NCBI GenBank assembly: GCA_964016885.1
Contig: OZ024749.1
Location: forward strand, 32,736,001 to 32,800,000
DNA from: Eledone cirrhosa
Lineage: Eukaryota
Direction: 5' to 3'
Length of the DNA stretch: 64,000 nt
Shown here: piece after piece, positions 1 to 13,070 of the stretch
Position numbering within the stretch: the first letter of the stretch is position 1
Layout of the letters: each line of letters opens with the position of its first letter
Program-made: the position numbers and the translations under genes
The notes under the pieces: generated by a model
Told to the model about the DNA's origin: nothing
The model's database searches: none
What the model saw: only the letters and a program-made list of their open reading frames with translations

Positions 1-135
1 GTTGTACTAAATGGTGATGTGTTGGACTAAATACTGGTGTGTTGGACTAAATGGTGGTGTGTTGGACTAAATACTGGTGTGTTGAACTAAATGGTGGTGT
101 GTTGTACTACATACTGGTGTGTTGGACTAAATGGT
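1..135. repeat. 20-bp minisatellite (gttggactaaat[ac/gg]tggtgt), continues left of the window
   Basis: About 6.5 tandem 20-bp units are directly visible. Confidence 0.9.
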
Positions 136-699
136 TTTCCTCAGATATACCTTGTCTGAATACAAATCCTGCCTTGGTTGACTTTGCCTTCCAATCCTCA
201 CCCCAGTGATAAAATGATAATCAGTCTTTTATGTAGAGATCACTTCAATCAATATCTACCCTACACCTCATGTGTGGTCTTTTGCTAATACAAAAAGTTA
301 TTGTCATCCTTGTATCTTCCTCTATTATATCGAATCATTATAATCATCTTGGTTATTAGCTGTGTTCCCACAACACACAACACACAAATACAAAATTACC
401 TATACATTTGTTCTTTACTTTTCTCTTTTCTATTCACATGCCTCTATGTAGGGAGCAAGGTCAGATTAATCCTTTTAAAGCCCTAAGCATTTACAAAATT
501 ATTGTGTGTACCCCACTCCCACATAAATAAAGTCAATATTTTTTTTATTTTGAATGACAAATACATTTAATTTAAATAAAATAGTGCCCAAGACATGCTG
601 CATCATGCATCATGCATCATGCATCACGACAGTGCCCCTATGAATCCATCAGGAGTTACAGCTCCATACATACATCTGCATGCATGCATGTTTCTGTAA

Positions 700-935
700 C
701 TCCTGAAGGAGTCGTAGAGGCACTGTCTCAACATACAGCATTTCTATGGCATCTTTTTAAACCTGGCAGAGCCCATCTCCTCTCCATGTCTGAATACAGC
801 AGATTTCTTCCAGAGAAGTATAGAGAGTGAGAGAACAGAAATGAGAAAGAGATATAGAGGAAGAATCGACTCCAGTATTTGACTGGTACTTTTTTTTATC
901 AACCTGGAATGGACGAAAGCCTAAGTTGACCTCCA
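700..935 (-). mobile_element. Old SINE copy (core plus extended 3' tail)
   Basis: Reverse complement of the SINE core (gtcaact...ttcgtcc...gttgataaaaaaaagtaccagtc). The tail motif aaacctgg...tgtctg.ata.agcagatttctt.cagagaa recurs at about 61020-61150. Confidence 0.6.
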
Positions 936-954
936 CATATAAATATATATATAA

Positions 955-1881
955 ACAGCAGTTGGAAGCAAGAGAACTGAGAGTGAACCTAGCTAAGACA
1001 AAAGTATTGATGAGTAGAAAAGAAGACAAAAACTCTGATTCCGTCAGGGAAATGGCCATGTTCGATATGCAGAAAAGGAACTGGCATAAATTCTATAAAA
1101 TGCACACAATGCAGATCCTGGGTACACAAGAGATGTAGCGGGATAGCAGGCAAACTAACAGGTAGGGAGAAATATGTATGCAGATGTACAGGGAAATTAG
1201 ACAGTAGAAGTCGCATTGATAGACACATTTTTCAAATGCAGGCGGGTGCTATAGAAGTGGTGGATAGCTTCCGGTACCTAGGAGATCAGATTAGCATGGG
1301 AGGGGGGTGTTCCGAGGGCATAGTATCTAGAATAAGGACGGGTTGGAAGAAGTTTAAGGAGCTGCTTCCTCTGCTGATGAAGAAGGGTTTCTCCCTGCGT
1401 ACGAAAGGCCGGTTATATGATGCCTGTGTGAGGAGCGTGATGCCGCATGGTAGTGAGACATGTGCAGCAACTGCAGAGGATATGCGACGGCTGGAGAGAA
1501 ATGAGGCAAGCATGCTCCGTTGGATGTGCAGTGTCAATGTGCGTGAACGACCCAGCATGAATGTGTTGAGAGAGAATCTGTGTCTGAGAGGGATAGAATG
1601 TAGTGTACGGGAGAGGAGACTGAGGTGGTATGGACATGTGATGCGCATGGAGGATGACCGATGGGTGAAGAAGTGCCAGGAAATGCCAGTTGAAGGAAGA
1701 CGTGGTAGAGGTAGACCACGAAAAACATGGGCGGAGGTGGTGAGAACAGACCTTAGATCGCTGAAACTCATGGTAGAGATGACGAAGGACCGTGACAAGT
1801 GGAGAGATGCTGTGCTGAATAAGACCCGTCCCACCCTTGCAAGCAGGGAAGAGCGGATGTAAAATGATGATGATGATGATG
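955..1881 (+). mobile_element. 5'-truncated RTE-clade LINE (3' part of ORF, frameshifted) with (GAT)n tail
   Basis: ORF 1236-1862 carries typical RTE C-terminal motifs (VVDSFRYLGD, KGRLYDACVRS, MLRWMC, RRLRWYGHVMRM, GRRGRGRPRKTW). Upstream LRVNLAKTK and a Cys-rich segment lie in other frames. It ends in gatgatgat. Confidence 0.9.
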
Positions 1882-2417
1882 ATATATATATATATATACA
1901 CACATACTAAAAATAGATTACAGTGCTTCGTAAAAGTTTATTTCACTTTTTGTTATTGACTAAACTGTTTTCTTCTTTTCATTTACAGAATAATGGAAAT
2001 TAAGTATGTAAGATAATTGAAGATGCTGGAAATACATTCAATAGATCTCTGGCATTGTCCAGCAGCTGGGAGAAGGTACCAGTTACTTTGTCACTGTGTC
2101 TCTCTCTTTCACTTTGAAATAAGGAATTGGAAGTTTTATGGTGTAACAAAATTCAACCAACCTCTAACAGACAAGCAATGTTATAATATCAAAATATCTT
2201 AGTAGAAAATTTATTGCATTTAAACATTGACCAATTAGAGTCTGTGAATCATTCACATAATTAATATAACTCATTAAATATATAATAAAATATTTTGAAC
2301 ATTTCAATGTTGTTGATTATTTGTGTATCAAAGAGAGAGTGCTCTTTCCATAAATTGAACAATAATTCTGGATGAAGAACTCCAGGGTATTGTCTGGGGC
2401 TCTTTACATTTGTATAT

Positions 2418-2480
<63 letters not shown>

Positions 2481-2909
2481 ATATGAAGAGCTGCTGACTC
2501 ACTATCTATGCTAATCATAAGAAAATATCAAGAGCAATTTAAAGTCCCGATGATGTCCAAAAGGAATGGAAGCAGGGAAAGGAGTGACATACATTATATC
2601 CCAGTCAGAGTGGTATCTCTCAACTGTGTCCTGCAAACAAGGCATTGCCAGAAAGAATGACCAGCAACACCAGCTACAACAGCCACATAGCCTCACAGGA
2701 CTTCTTCCTTAGGCAGGCTGCCATTTTTCCAATTTTGCAAAGGAAAATAAATGGCAGTTCAGGAACCTCAACGCCATCAACACCTTTGATATCAAAATAC
2801 CTGAAAATGACCCTGATTTACAATATAAAACTTTATTTTCAAGTGTTTTTCTAAAACAAATTTCTATCATAATTTCATATAACCTTTTAGTTATATTCCG
2901 AACACTAGC

Positions 2910-3136
2910 TTAACCCTTTAGCATTTAAACCAACCATATCCGGCCATATTCTCTCACCTCTTTTTATTCAAAGTGACTGTAACTGTCCACTCTTACTGAT
3001 GTTAAGGTATTGTTCCCAAAATAAATAATATTAAAATCTTATAGATTTGCTATTATGTTAGATAATCATGTGATGTAAAGCCTTTACCATTAAAAAAAAT
3101 AGTAAATATAGAGTAATGTAAATGCTAAAGGGTTAA
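2910..3136. mobile_element. piggyBac-like MITE
   Basis: TTAA|CCCTTTAGCATTTA ... TAAATGCTAAAGGG|TTAA; TTAA target duplication; four copies in the window. Confidence 0.85.
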
Positions 3137-3719
3137 TAATGAAAAAGTTTGTTATATTAGCAAATCTCTCCACCTTTATTATTTTTTAAATAACTTAAAA
3201 CACACAATGGATGTTTTTCATTAGAAATATTCTAGAGAAATCTTAACTAACTTGCTATACTAGACTGAAAGCAGAAAAAGAACTGGTGAGTGATATTTCA
3301 TAGAATCTATGCCACAGACTGTATACCGATGGTATTTAGATTTAGCAGGCATATTGGCAGGAGATTAGTTTACAAAAATCTTTACAAATAATAAAAGGAA
3401 GATGAACGAATTAATGAACTAGACAAACAAAGGATTATGAAAAATTATAGGTACATCAGATTATAATACTTGAAAGTGAACTAAATGATAAAAATAAGCT
3501 AATAGTTATCGATTTTCTTACTCAATACTAAAATATAAGTCAATGAAAGTAATATTTACAACTATCATTGTGAGAATATATTTACAATAAAACAAGATGA
3601 TGATTTGTGATTAAAGAAAAACTAGGATAAAATAGTAATTGTATCTTATTGTGAATAAAAGCAAATGAACACAAATGAAAACATATTAAAATAATCAACT
3701 GTCAATATTATACAATAGA

Positions 3720-3910
3720 AGATATCATTATTTAGTATTAGTTAGTATCATTTAATATTATTTTGTATTATTTAGTATTAGTTAGTATTATTCAGTATTA
3801 GTATTATTTAGCATTATTTAGTATTATTTAGTATTATTCAGTATTAGTTAGTATTAGTTAGTATTGGTTAGTTCTATTTAGTATTATTTAGTATCAGTTA
3901 GTATTCAGCT
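3720..3910. repeat. Degenerate AT-rich short tandem repeat (ttagtatta-like)
   Basis: Repeated tagtatta/ttagtatt units. Confidence 0.75.
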
Positions 3911-4174
3911 AACAAATTGCTTAATAAATAAGAGCAATGTTGTGTAAACACAATCTATATGATGGTATGTGTGTGTGTGTGTGTGTAGACCTGCACTAGA
4001 CCTGCACACACAATCACATGCCACAGTAAGAGGCACTAGAGTTTTTTTCTACTAATTTTTTAGGCCAGCCAACAAGCCTGGCTTAACCTATCATTTCGAC
4101 ATTTTGATTCCCTCTTGAATCAACAAAATTGTTTTCAATTTCCTATAAATTTCATTGGATCCTGAATCAAAATA

Positions 4175-4355
4175 TAATTGTTTCTACTTTTGGCACAAGG
4201 CCAGCAATTACCCAGTACATTACTGGTACTTTATTTTATCGACCCCGTAAGGATGAAAGGCAAAGTTAACCTTGGCGGGATTTGAACTCAGACCATAAAG
4301 GGCCGTAACTCTTTGCTGCAAAGCATGGCGTCTGACTCTCTAATGATACTGCCAA
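4175..4355 (-). mobile_element. tRNA-derived SINE with Nin/Deu-like core, near full length
   Basis: On the - strand: tggcagtatc (A box)...gagttcaaatccc (B box)...aggttaactttgcctttcatccttacggggtcgataaaataaagtaccag...gtagaaacaatta. Flanked by an aaaatataat direct repeat. Confidence 0.85.
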
Positions 4356-4641
4356 AATATAATGAAAGAAATTCTACCATCTTAGGTTGAAGAAGGTTAG
4401 GGAAGCTTAACTATTAATTGAGTCATGGAGGTGTTGTCGTGACACACAACGTGTCTGGAGTCCATCCTTCACCAGGTCAGAATACAGTTGATTTCTTCCA
4501 AAGAAAGTGAGAGGTAAGAGAGAGAATTGATCCCCAGTACTCGATTGGTACTTTATTTATTGACTTCAAAAGGATGAAAGGCAAAGATGACCTCTGCAGA
4601 ATAAATGCTGTGGTACTTTTTAACTCAATATCCTAACTAAC

Positions 4642-4870
4642 TTAACCCTTTAGCATTTAAACCGGCTGTATCCAGCCAGAATTCTCTCACCTCTTTCTGT
4701 TCAAACCGGCCGTAATCAGCTGCTCATACTTATGTTAAGGTATTGTTCTCAAAATAAATAATATCAAAATCTCATAGATACGATATTATGGGGGATAATT
4801 AAGTGAAGTAAAGCCTTTACTGTGAAAATATAATAGAAAATATAGAGTAATGTAAATGCTAAAGGATTAA
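4642..4870. mobile_element. piggyBac-like MITE (copy 2)
   Basis: Same TIRs, TTAA ends and internal sequence as 2910-3136. Confidence 0.85.
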
Positions 4871-5676
4871 ACAACTCAATCAAAATGTGTGAGCCAAAGA
4901 AGGAGCATCTACATAGCCACACAACCTGCAAGAAATGACAAGTAAATCTCCCTCAAATCAAAAATAAACAATGGAAGCTTGGGATAGTCTGGAGTTCAAT
5001 ATGTTTGAAAAGTAAAAAAGACAGGATGGTCACAGCTTGAATGGTCTGGGGCTATACAATAACAACTTAACTAAGGTGACCTTCCAAATCCAGCAGGCAT
5101 TAAATATTTGTTAATTAGGATTATTTATTTAAAATTTATCCGATTTGTAAGCTGGCTTGTTAGGTTTTACCATACATATTGTTATGACATATTTTCACTG
5201 TTAACAACCAGCCAAGTAGAACAGTTTGCTTCTATATAGCAGTTGTAACATCATTTGACAACATTTCAATTTTTTTTTTATATTCAAGTAAGTTGATATT
5301 TTCTTGAGATAACTACTGTGTATTCCACAGCTAAATATTGTCTGAGCACATGGTTTTTACTTCTTCATACATTTATATATATATATCATACATGCATGTA
5401 AATATACACACCCACACAAGCTCACACTCACATACAAATACACATACATATATGGACCTGTTATTTTTATCTAAAGACATTTTTTCCAATTCCAACCCGC
5501 CCATCCCCTCAATCTATCTTATTTCTTATTCTTTCTTCTGATGAAGGACTAGCATCTGAAACGTTAAGGCCCTCTTCCTGCTATTTCAATCATTAACCTA
5601 ATATATTTCTTCCAGATACTGTACCGATTGTGTTGTTTCTGTTTACCTTTTACATATATATATTTGAAAAAAAAAA

Positions 5677-5900
5677 ATGACTTCACTTGTAGTTGGTATT
5701 CTATAACAATTTAATTTTATAATTTTACAATTTTATAATTTTATAATTTTGCTATGTAGATCTAATAAGTCCTTTGTTAACTTTGGTGGAAAGTTTTTCT
5801 TAAAAACTGTGGTTAACTCTCTGGAGAACTTTCTCGTATTCGTCCATGGCAATTGTAAAATTAAATTGTTATAGAATACCAACTACAAGTGAGGTCATTC
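5677..5900. repeat. Inverted repeat pair (about 45-bp arms), probable Penelope-like terminal fragment
   Basis: aatgacttcacttgtagttggtattctataacaatttaatttta versus taaaattaaattgttatagaataccaactacaagtgaggtcatt. Confidence 0.6.
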
Positions 5901-6504
5901 TTTTCCTTCTTTCAAATATACCTAACTGTACCAAGGACCTCACCGATTTTCCAATATGTATATATATATATATATATTGGCGATCGAGTAACGTGAAAAC
6001 AAGCGAATAGCGATCTCTAGACCTACCAGTTCAGAGAAACAATTGTCAGCAATGAGATTAAAAACCTTTTTTGTATAGCAAACCATGTCAATCTTCTTTC
6101 CTGATTTATTATTACTCCAAGTGTTTACAACATAGGAATTACAGCATACCCGCAACATCACTATGAAAACGCCTTGTTGAGTCAAACCAAGCCAAGCGTT
6201 GATATCATCCACTACCCGGAATACCATAACTGGACTACACCTAAGTGGACTGCATATAACTATTATTTGTTACCCCGTATCATCATCATCATCATCACCG
6301 TTTTACGTCCGTTCTTCCACGCTAGCATGGGTTAGACGGGTTGTCCTGTTGTGGGCAGTGTCTGGTCGGCTGACCATGCCTTGCTCATACAGGAACTGAT
6401 CTGGCTTGATTTCTACAGCTGGATGCCCTTCCTAACACCAACCTCATTTACAGTGAGTGCTGGGTGCTTTTTCGTGACGCCTACACGTCCACTATATATC
6501 CACG

Positions 6505-6551
<47 letters not shown>

Positions 6552-7489
6552 ATGCACACATGCATGCATGTACACATGTACAAATGTGTAGACATATACT
6601 CATATATGTAAAACATTCCAGAAGTTTAGTATATAATAACTGCACATGCCCACATTTGGATATAGAAACAATGCACATAGTAGAGTATCTGACATCCAGA
6701 GTAGCCCTTCCACCACCCCAGCTAGAGTGTCTGACATCTATGACAGCCCTTGAGTACCCCTACCCCCAGCTGGAGTGTCTGACATACAGGGCAGCCCTTC
6801 TATGACCCCCACATAAAATAAAATAACCCCATCCCTATGTAGCTATGCTACTGTTTATACCTGCAAGATTCTTCAATGTTTAACATATTTTTTTATTCAA
6901 ATACCAGTGATTGAGCTTTGTATCATTATAAGAACAATTCAAAAGGAAGAAAGACAAAATTTACTTTGATATGATTTGAACTCAGAACCTAAAAAATAGT
7001 TCAAATCCCACTGAGATCAACTTTGCCTTACATTCTTCTGAGGTTGATAGAGATAGTTGATTTAAATCAACTTTCCTCCTCCCTCAAATTGCTGGCATTA
7101 TGCCAAAAATATATGTTTATGAATTCAAATAATCCAAAAAAGAATGAGAACATACTCTTAAAACATATTTATTTTTATTTTGTTTATTTTGTGAGATGAT
7201 GAACTGCCAGATGGAATACTATAAAGTACTCATTCTGAGTTCAAATCCAGCCAAGGTGAACTTTGCCTTTTATCAAATATTATATATAAAATAATATACA
7301 AAGTAGCAATATTATTTAAAAAAAGTACCAGACAAGTACTGGAGTTGATTCTTCCTATATATCTTTTTCTCACTCACTGTGCTCAGACCTGGAGAGAAGA
7401 GCTTTGCCAGATTTAAAATGTCCAAGATATGCTGTATGTCACTATGGTGCCCTTATGATTCTACCAGGAGTAATGTGTCCATACATACA

Positions 7490-8045
7490 TTTTATAATTT
7501 AATCCTTAGTATATTTTATAATTTATTCTGTAGTATATTTCATAATTTAAACCCTAGTATATTTTATAATTTATTCCGTAGTATATTTCATAATTTAATC
7601 CTTAATATATTTTATAATTTATTCCGTAGTATATTTTATAATTTATTCCGTAGTATATTTCATAATTTAATCCTTAATATATTTTATAATTTATTCCGTA
7701 GTATATTTCATAATTTAATACTTGATACATTTTATAATTTATTCCGTAGTATATTTCATAATTTAATCCTTAATATATTTTATAATTTAATACTTGGTAT
7801 ATATAATAATTTATTCCGTAGTATATTTCATAATTTAATCCTTAATATATTTTATAATTTAATACTTGGTATATTTTATAATTTATTCCGTAGTATATTT
7901 CATAATTTAATCCTTAATATATTTTATAATATAATCTGTAGTATATTTTATAATTTAATCGTAATTATATTCCATAATTTAATCCTTAGTATATTTCTTA
8001 TTTTATTTCTAAATATATTTTATAATTTATTCCTTAGTATATTTC
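7490..8045. repeat. 24-bp AT-rich minisatellite (atattttataatttattccgtagt variants)
   Basis: More than 20 tandem units; produces spurious ORF 7379-8065. Confidence 0.9.
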
Positions 8046-8321
8046 ACTGTTTTATGAAATTATAGACTTTTAAAACATTATCCTTATCTTTTCAGATTCT
8101 GACGAATTAGAAAAAAAACAGAGACAAAGTCAACTCTCAATACTTTCAAAAAGGAAACCTTTCAAAAGCTCTTTAGTTTGTTTTAAAATAAAATATATGG
8201 AAATAGTACAAGAAAAAACAACATTTCTATTATAAAACTTTCAATTTGATTATTTATTTTTAAAAAAACACACATGAATTCTTTGCATAAAATTTGATAA
8301 TTGAATATCAAAAAAAAAAAC

Positions 8322-9839
8322 ATGATTTTAATGCAAATGGTTGTATTAATACTGACACTTGTAAATAGATGCATTGCTATACATTGTTCTGAGAACTGCA
8401 ATTGTTTCAAAACATCTGGGTTTTTAGATTGTTCAAATGCATTCAAAACTATTATTCCAGATGATATTGATATACCTGAATTTATTACTGAGTTGGTTCT
8501 AAGAGGGAATCATATTAAACAATTAAATTCAGAACTACATCAGTATACCAATTTAACATATTTTGATATCTCGTCAAATGGATTGATCAATATTGAAGAC
8601 TATTCTTTTGATCAACAGGAAAAACTACACACATTGATCCTTAGAAATAATCTTTTATCCAATCTGAACAATAAAACATTTCATGGTTTAATTAACCTGG
8701 TATCTTTAGATATAAGCCAGAATCATTTGACTGTTTTGCTCAACAACACCTTCCAGTATTTGCCCAAATTACTAGAATTGAATCTAACTGGAAATTTTAT
8801 TCAAAGTATTAGTGATGATGCATTCTTAGGTTTACATGCATTGGATAGTTTACACTTAATGTCTAACAAATTAACAGCTATTCCTACTGCTGCTTTCAAA
8901 AAAATTAAACGTTTGCGATTTCTTGACATAGAAGGAAATGAAATATATCATTTATTTGATTACAGCTTTTATAACAATTCAATGCTTGTTTTTATTAACA
9001 TTGCACATAATGATTTAAAAATTATTGAAGATAAAGCATTCAGAAGTTTAGAGAATTCTCTAAAATCCTTTGACTTGCATCAAAATTATTTAACTTTTAT
9101 ACCTACTCAAGCATTTCTTCAGTTAAAAAAACTTACAAAACTTGACCTTAGTGGAAATAGCATTAGTGATATTCCATCAAATGCATTTTACAACTTATCT
9201 AGTCTTGACACTTTATATCTTAATCATCTTAATTCCTTAAAACACATTGATGCTTTTGCTTTTAATCTTAACAATTTAAAAGAACTGCATATTGCTTTTA
9301 ACCCACATTTGGAACAAATACATCCAAAAGCATTTCATAATTTACCTAATTTGAAAATTGTTTATTTGAATAATAATGGAATACATAAACTTCTTTATCA
9401 TTTCTTTCCTTTGCATAATTTGGAAACACTCGACTTAAGTGGAAATTTTATCGATTGCGATTGTGATGCACAATGGTTGATAGATGTTTTTAATGACAAT
9501 AATATTAAAAAGAAGAAGAACTTTATACAAAAATCATTATGCTGTCGTTCACCCAACCATCTTTTGAACTTACCTGTTTCAACATTAAAAGCTTCTGATT
9601 TTGATTGTGATGAATCAATGTATGGCCATGGTACTGAGCACCGTCATAAAACATTACTTGCAATCATTTTTAGTGTATCTGCTACTGTGTCCACCATATT
9701 AATTTTATTAAGTCTATGGCATTTTAGAGATAAACTTTTTCTGCGCCTACAATGGCAATTTAATTATAAAAGACAAAAGAATGTTCTTAGCCTTAATCAA
9801 AATGAAGAGGAAAACCTTTCAATTGATACTGTAACATAG
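8322..9839 (+). CDS. Single-pass LRR transmembrane protein (signal peptide, LRRNT, about 14 LRRs, LRRCT, TM, short tail); tartan/capricious-like architecture
   Basis: Uninterrupted ORF from ATG 8322. Hydrophobic leader MILMQMVVLILTLV; N-cap CSENCNC..LDCS; repeated LxxLxLxxNxL; C-cap NFIDCDC..WL..CRSP..DFDC; TM LLAIIFSVSATVSTILILLSLW. Candidate splice acceptor tccttatcttttcag ends at 8095; AATAAA near 9888. Confidence 0.93.
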   Translation: MILMQMVVLILTLVNRCIAIHCSENCNCFKTSGFLDCSNAFKTIIPDDIDIPEFITELVLRGNHIKQLNSELHQYTNLTYFDISSNGLINIEDYSFDQQEKLHTLILRNNLLSNLNNKTFHGLINLVSLDISQNHLTVLLNNTFQYLPKLLELNLTGNFIQSISDDAFLGLHALDSLHLMSNKLTAIPTAAFKKIKRLRFLDIEGNEIYHLFDYSFYNNSMLVFINIAHNDLKIIEDKAFRSLENSLKSFDLHQNYLTFIPTQAFLQLKKLTKLDLSGNSISDIPSNAFYNLSSLDTLYLNHLNSLKHIDAFAFNLNNLKELHIAFNPHLEQIHPKAFHNLPNLKIVYLNNNGIHKLLYHFFPLHNLETLDLSGNFIDCDCDAQWLIDVFNDNNIKKKKNFIQKSLCCRSPNHLLNLPVSTLKASDFDCDESMYGHGTEHRHKTLLAIIFSVSATVSTILILLSLWHFRDKLFLRLQWQFNYKRQKNVLSLNQNEEENLSIDTVT

Positions 9840-10393
9840 TTTTGGAAATATTTTTGATTGATTTAGTCTAAATATTTCCCAAATTGAAATAAAATGAAAC
9901 TGTTTAATAACTGTGATCAGAATAGCTTTAATATGATTTCACTGTTATCTAATTGAAACAGCCCAATATGAACAAGACATGGTCACCTGACCCATCTTGC
10001 CTCTAATGGGACAAACCCATGCTAGCATGGAAAATAGATGTTAAGCGATGATGATGATCATGATGAAAACTATTTTATTTTAAAAGCAACAATAACTGTT
10101 CTGACACTATGTAATTTTGGTCATAGATTTTATTTTCAAATTCTACCAAAGTTAACTTAACACCCTTCAAGATAAAACTGATATGTTAAAAACTAATATA
10201 TTTTATTGATTCAAAACTAATTTTGTGTCCAATGAAATAAATGTCTATTAGTCTTTCAAACAATTTCAACAGTGGTTAATTATTAAAATTGTATCTTCTG
10301 GGTTGTGGGTTCATAGTTTGATATTCATGTTTAACTTTTACATCAACAGTAATTTCTTATATTTTCCACAAGGAAGAAAACAATAACAATATA

Positions 10394-10590
10394 CAGACCT
10401 GTCAACTCTCCCTGTCGGACGGGGAGATCTCCCACCCTCTTTGTGGTGAGTGAGAGATGTCTTCTCTTGTGAAAATGGGTATAACTTTCATTATGTAAAA
10501 TCTCCCCAATTTTGCCTAATTTCTCCCCACTTTGGGGACACTTTATTTCATGGTACTCCCTGTTTGGGTTTTTAGAGGTTGGTAGGTCTG
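10394..10590. mobile_element. MITE with CAGACCTG(T/C)CAAC-type TIRs
   Basis: cagacctgtcaac ... gttggtaggtctg; an inverted-orientation copy lies at 41860-42056. Confidence 0.8.
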
Positions 10591-10837
10591 ACATATAGTT
10601 GTTATATGATTATAAAGTAAGATTTTGTAGCTAAAAAGTGCAATGTGTGTGACTGCAGACATGCAGTTATGGAAGAATGTTGGACTAGAGCTATTCAGTT
10701 ATGTGTCAGTGACTATTGTGTCTGTGATTGTTGTGTCTGTGATTGTTGTAGCTGTGATTGTATATAGCAGAGGATGTGTCTAAGTATGACTGTAACTAAT
10801 CTGTATTAAGCATGTGTGGCATTGTATCTGACCTGTG

Positions 10838-10958
<121 letters not shown>

Positions 10959-11159
10959 CCTGTGTCTGCGTGTGTGTGTGTAAATACAAAAACTATTATG
11001 TCTAGAAATTCTGCAAATTAAATTTTAAAAGGGATTTTACTCCTACAGTTTTTAAGCCGTGTACTTTTAAAGTTGTCTACCTTCTGTGACAAATCGTGTT
11101 ACTCTCATGCGTGTATTTGTGTGAATATGTGTGTATATATATATATATGTGTGTGTGTG

Positions 11160-11224
<65 letters not shown>

Positions 11225-11354
11225 AACAAAACTACTTCAAAGGGAAGGTAACTCTAAAAGCATACAGCTAAAAACATCTGTAGAAGTTCTTACCCTTGCA
11301 TTTTAAATATATTTCATACATCTAAATTTGATTTCATGCATAGGCAGTTATATA

Positions 11355-12010
11355 GGAGGGTGCGCTGAAAAGTTCATAGGCTGATTATGAAGGCATGATG
11401 CTAGAGCTGTGAAATCTTGCATGCATTAGTTTCAACTCTTCTTATTAATAACTGCAATGTTTCTTTCTGGGTAAACTGACATCTGACTGTTCAAAGAAGA
11501 CTCAAAAGTAACTAGTAACGACTTCTCTTGAAAATGGACAAAATTTGGTATCGTGGTGTTATCAAGTACCTGAAGGAAAAGGGTTTAGCCCACAATGACA
11601 TTCATGCTGACATGGTTGCTACATTAGGGGATGATGTTCCGGCTTTATCAACAGTGCAAAGGCGGCAACTGAATTTAAGAGTGGAAGAGAGAGTATTGAA
11701 GAAGATCAACGGTCTGGAGGTCCTGCAACTGCCACCACTGGCAACAATATTGACCGTGTTCACCACATAGTAATGGATGACAGGTAATTGACTATAAATA
11801 AAATAACTAATGTTATTAGCATATCCTACGCCGAGGTTAACTTTGCCTTGCATCCAAACAGGGTCGATAAAATAAAGTACCAGCAATGTACTGAGTAATT
11901 GCTGGCCTTGTGCCAAAAGTAGAAACAGTTATTAGCATATCCTGTAAAAAAAGTGGAGAATATTCTGTACGACGAACTTGGCATGACGAAGGTTTCTGCC
12001 TGCTGGGCGT
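11355..12010 (+). mobile_element. Mariner transposon 5' remnant (pseudogenised transposase N-terminus) interrupted by a SINE
   Basis: TA-GGAGGGTGCGCTGAAAAGT left end. Translation MDKIWYRGVIKYL..DIHADMVATLGDD..STVQR / EFKSGRESIEEDQRSGGP / ILYDELGMTKVSACW matches the mariner HTH and the region before the WVPHEL motif. Frameshift and stop present. Confidence 0.85.
11828..11927 (+). mobile_element. 5'-truncated SINE with 16-bp TSD
   Basis: SINE core and tail flanked by gttattagcatatcct at 11812-11827 and 11928-11943. Confidence 0.9.
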
Positions 12011-12748
12011 GGTTGTCTGTTCCACTTTGGCATGAAGAGCCCTGGATGTATCTGCATAAAATATCTTTTATATCCCAGTTAATAATCAGAAATGTGAGTA
12101 AATGGTATTTTATCATCGTTTTTAATTCTGTATTTCTTTGCAATTCTGTGGGAGTGGAGTGTGTGTATATGGAGAGGGGGGGGGGGGGTCTATCTTGTTG
12201 AGATCAAAATTTGGCTATAAATTCCAAATATATTTTATTCTGAATTTCTGCCGCTTTTACCACAGTCCAAATAGCGAGCGTCGGGTTGTCCTTCCACACT
12301 TGACGTCACAAATCGCTGCCGACTATAATTTTGTGTCAATAGTTCTTTCACGCTCAGGCTGAATAGATGGCTTCACTCTCTCCCTACAAATATCGAGTCC
12401 GCTGATGAATTTTTTGCAGCATTGGTTTGCACTGTGCCGCCACTGTATTCAGCAAGTTGCAAATTGCACTTTTTGAAACTTACTACTTTAACAGAAACCC
12501 CGAAGCCCAGACAACTATGTGCAACTCCCATATCACAAATATATATTTTAGTCGCACTCTGAGACACGTTTGCACGTTGCTCTATTATACGTTCAAACAA
12601 TATCTCATTGAGTGAGTAATTGTGAGCAATCCAGATTATAGCGAATATATATATATACATATATATATATATACAGTCCTACAAACTGTAGAGTGCTTCT
12701 TATCCGATATCTGCATTGCTTTATTGTACTACAATAAAACTCACCTCC

Positions 12749-12780
<32 letters not shown>

Positions 12781-12783
<3 letters not shown>

Positions 12784-13070
12784 CGAAGGAAATGTGGTAA
12801 GGAACCAGGTGGACCATAACGCACCAAAGTACTCAATACTTAGGGTAGTAGAGTGGGTAATAGGAACAAGTAAGACCCCGACGGCTGAGCTCAAGCCGTT
12901 TCGACGGCTAATTCTGGACTCCAGAACCCTAGAGCAAATATTTATTAAAATAACAGATTAAAGTTTAAGCAAAGAATCGTTGCTTTCACCCTTAACGGGA
13001 TCTTCTGAAGATCCCGTTAAGGGTGAAAGCAGCGATTCTTTGCTTAAACTTTAATTTATTATTTTAACAA
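12781..13070. mobile_element. Penelope-like terminal-repeat fragments including a palindrome (about 12945-13070)
   Basis: The 12781-12920 segment recurs at 14303-14430 and 56730-56943. The palindrome arms recur at 38725-38825 and 54088-54150 and carry a hammerhead-like motif. All are next to (TA)n. Confidence 0.6.

Noticed and set aside
1989-2010. Micro-exon after a strong acceptor (ttttcttcttttcatttacag), possibly 5'UTR of the LRR gene
   Set aside because: Splice-like motifs alone are not enough without transcript data.
7379-8065. 228-aa ORF with periodic IFYNL repeats, possibly LRR-like
   Set aside because: It is the translation of a 24-bp AT-rich minisatellite.
8301-8321. ORF start at 8301
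   Set aside because: This is a TTG codon in a eukaryote; the first ATG at 8322 begins the signal peptide.
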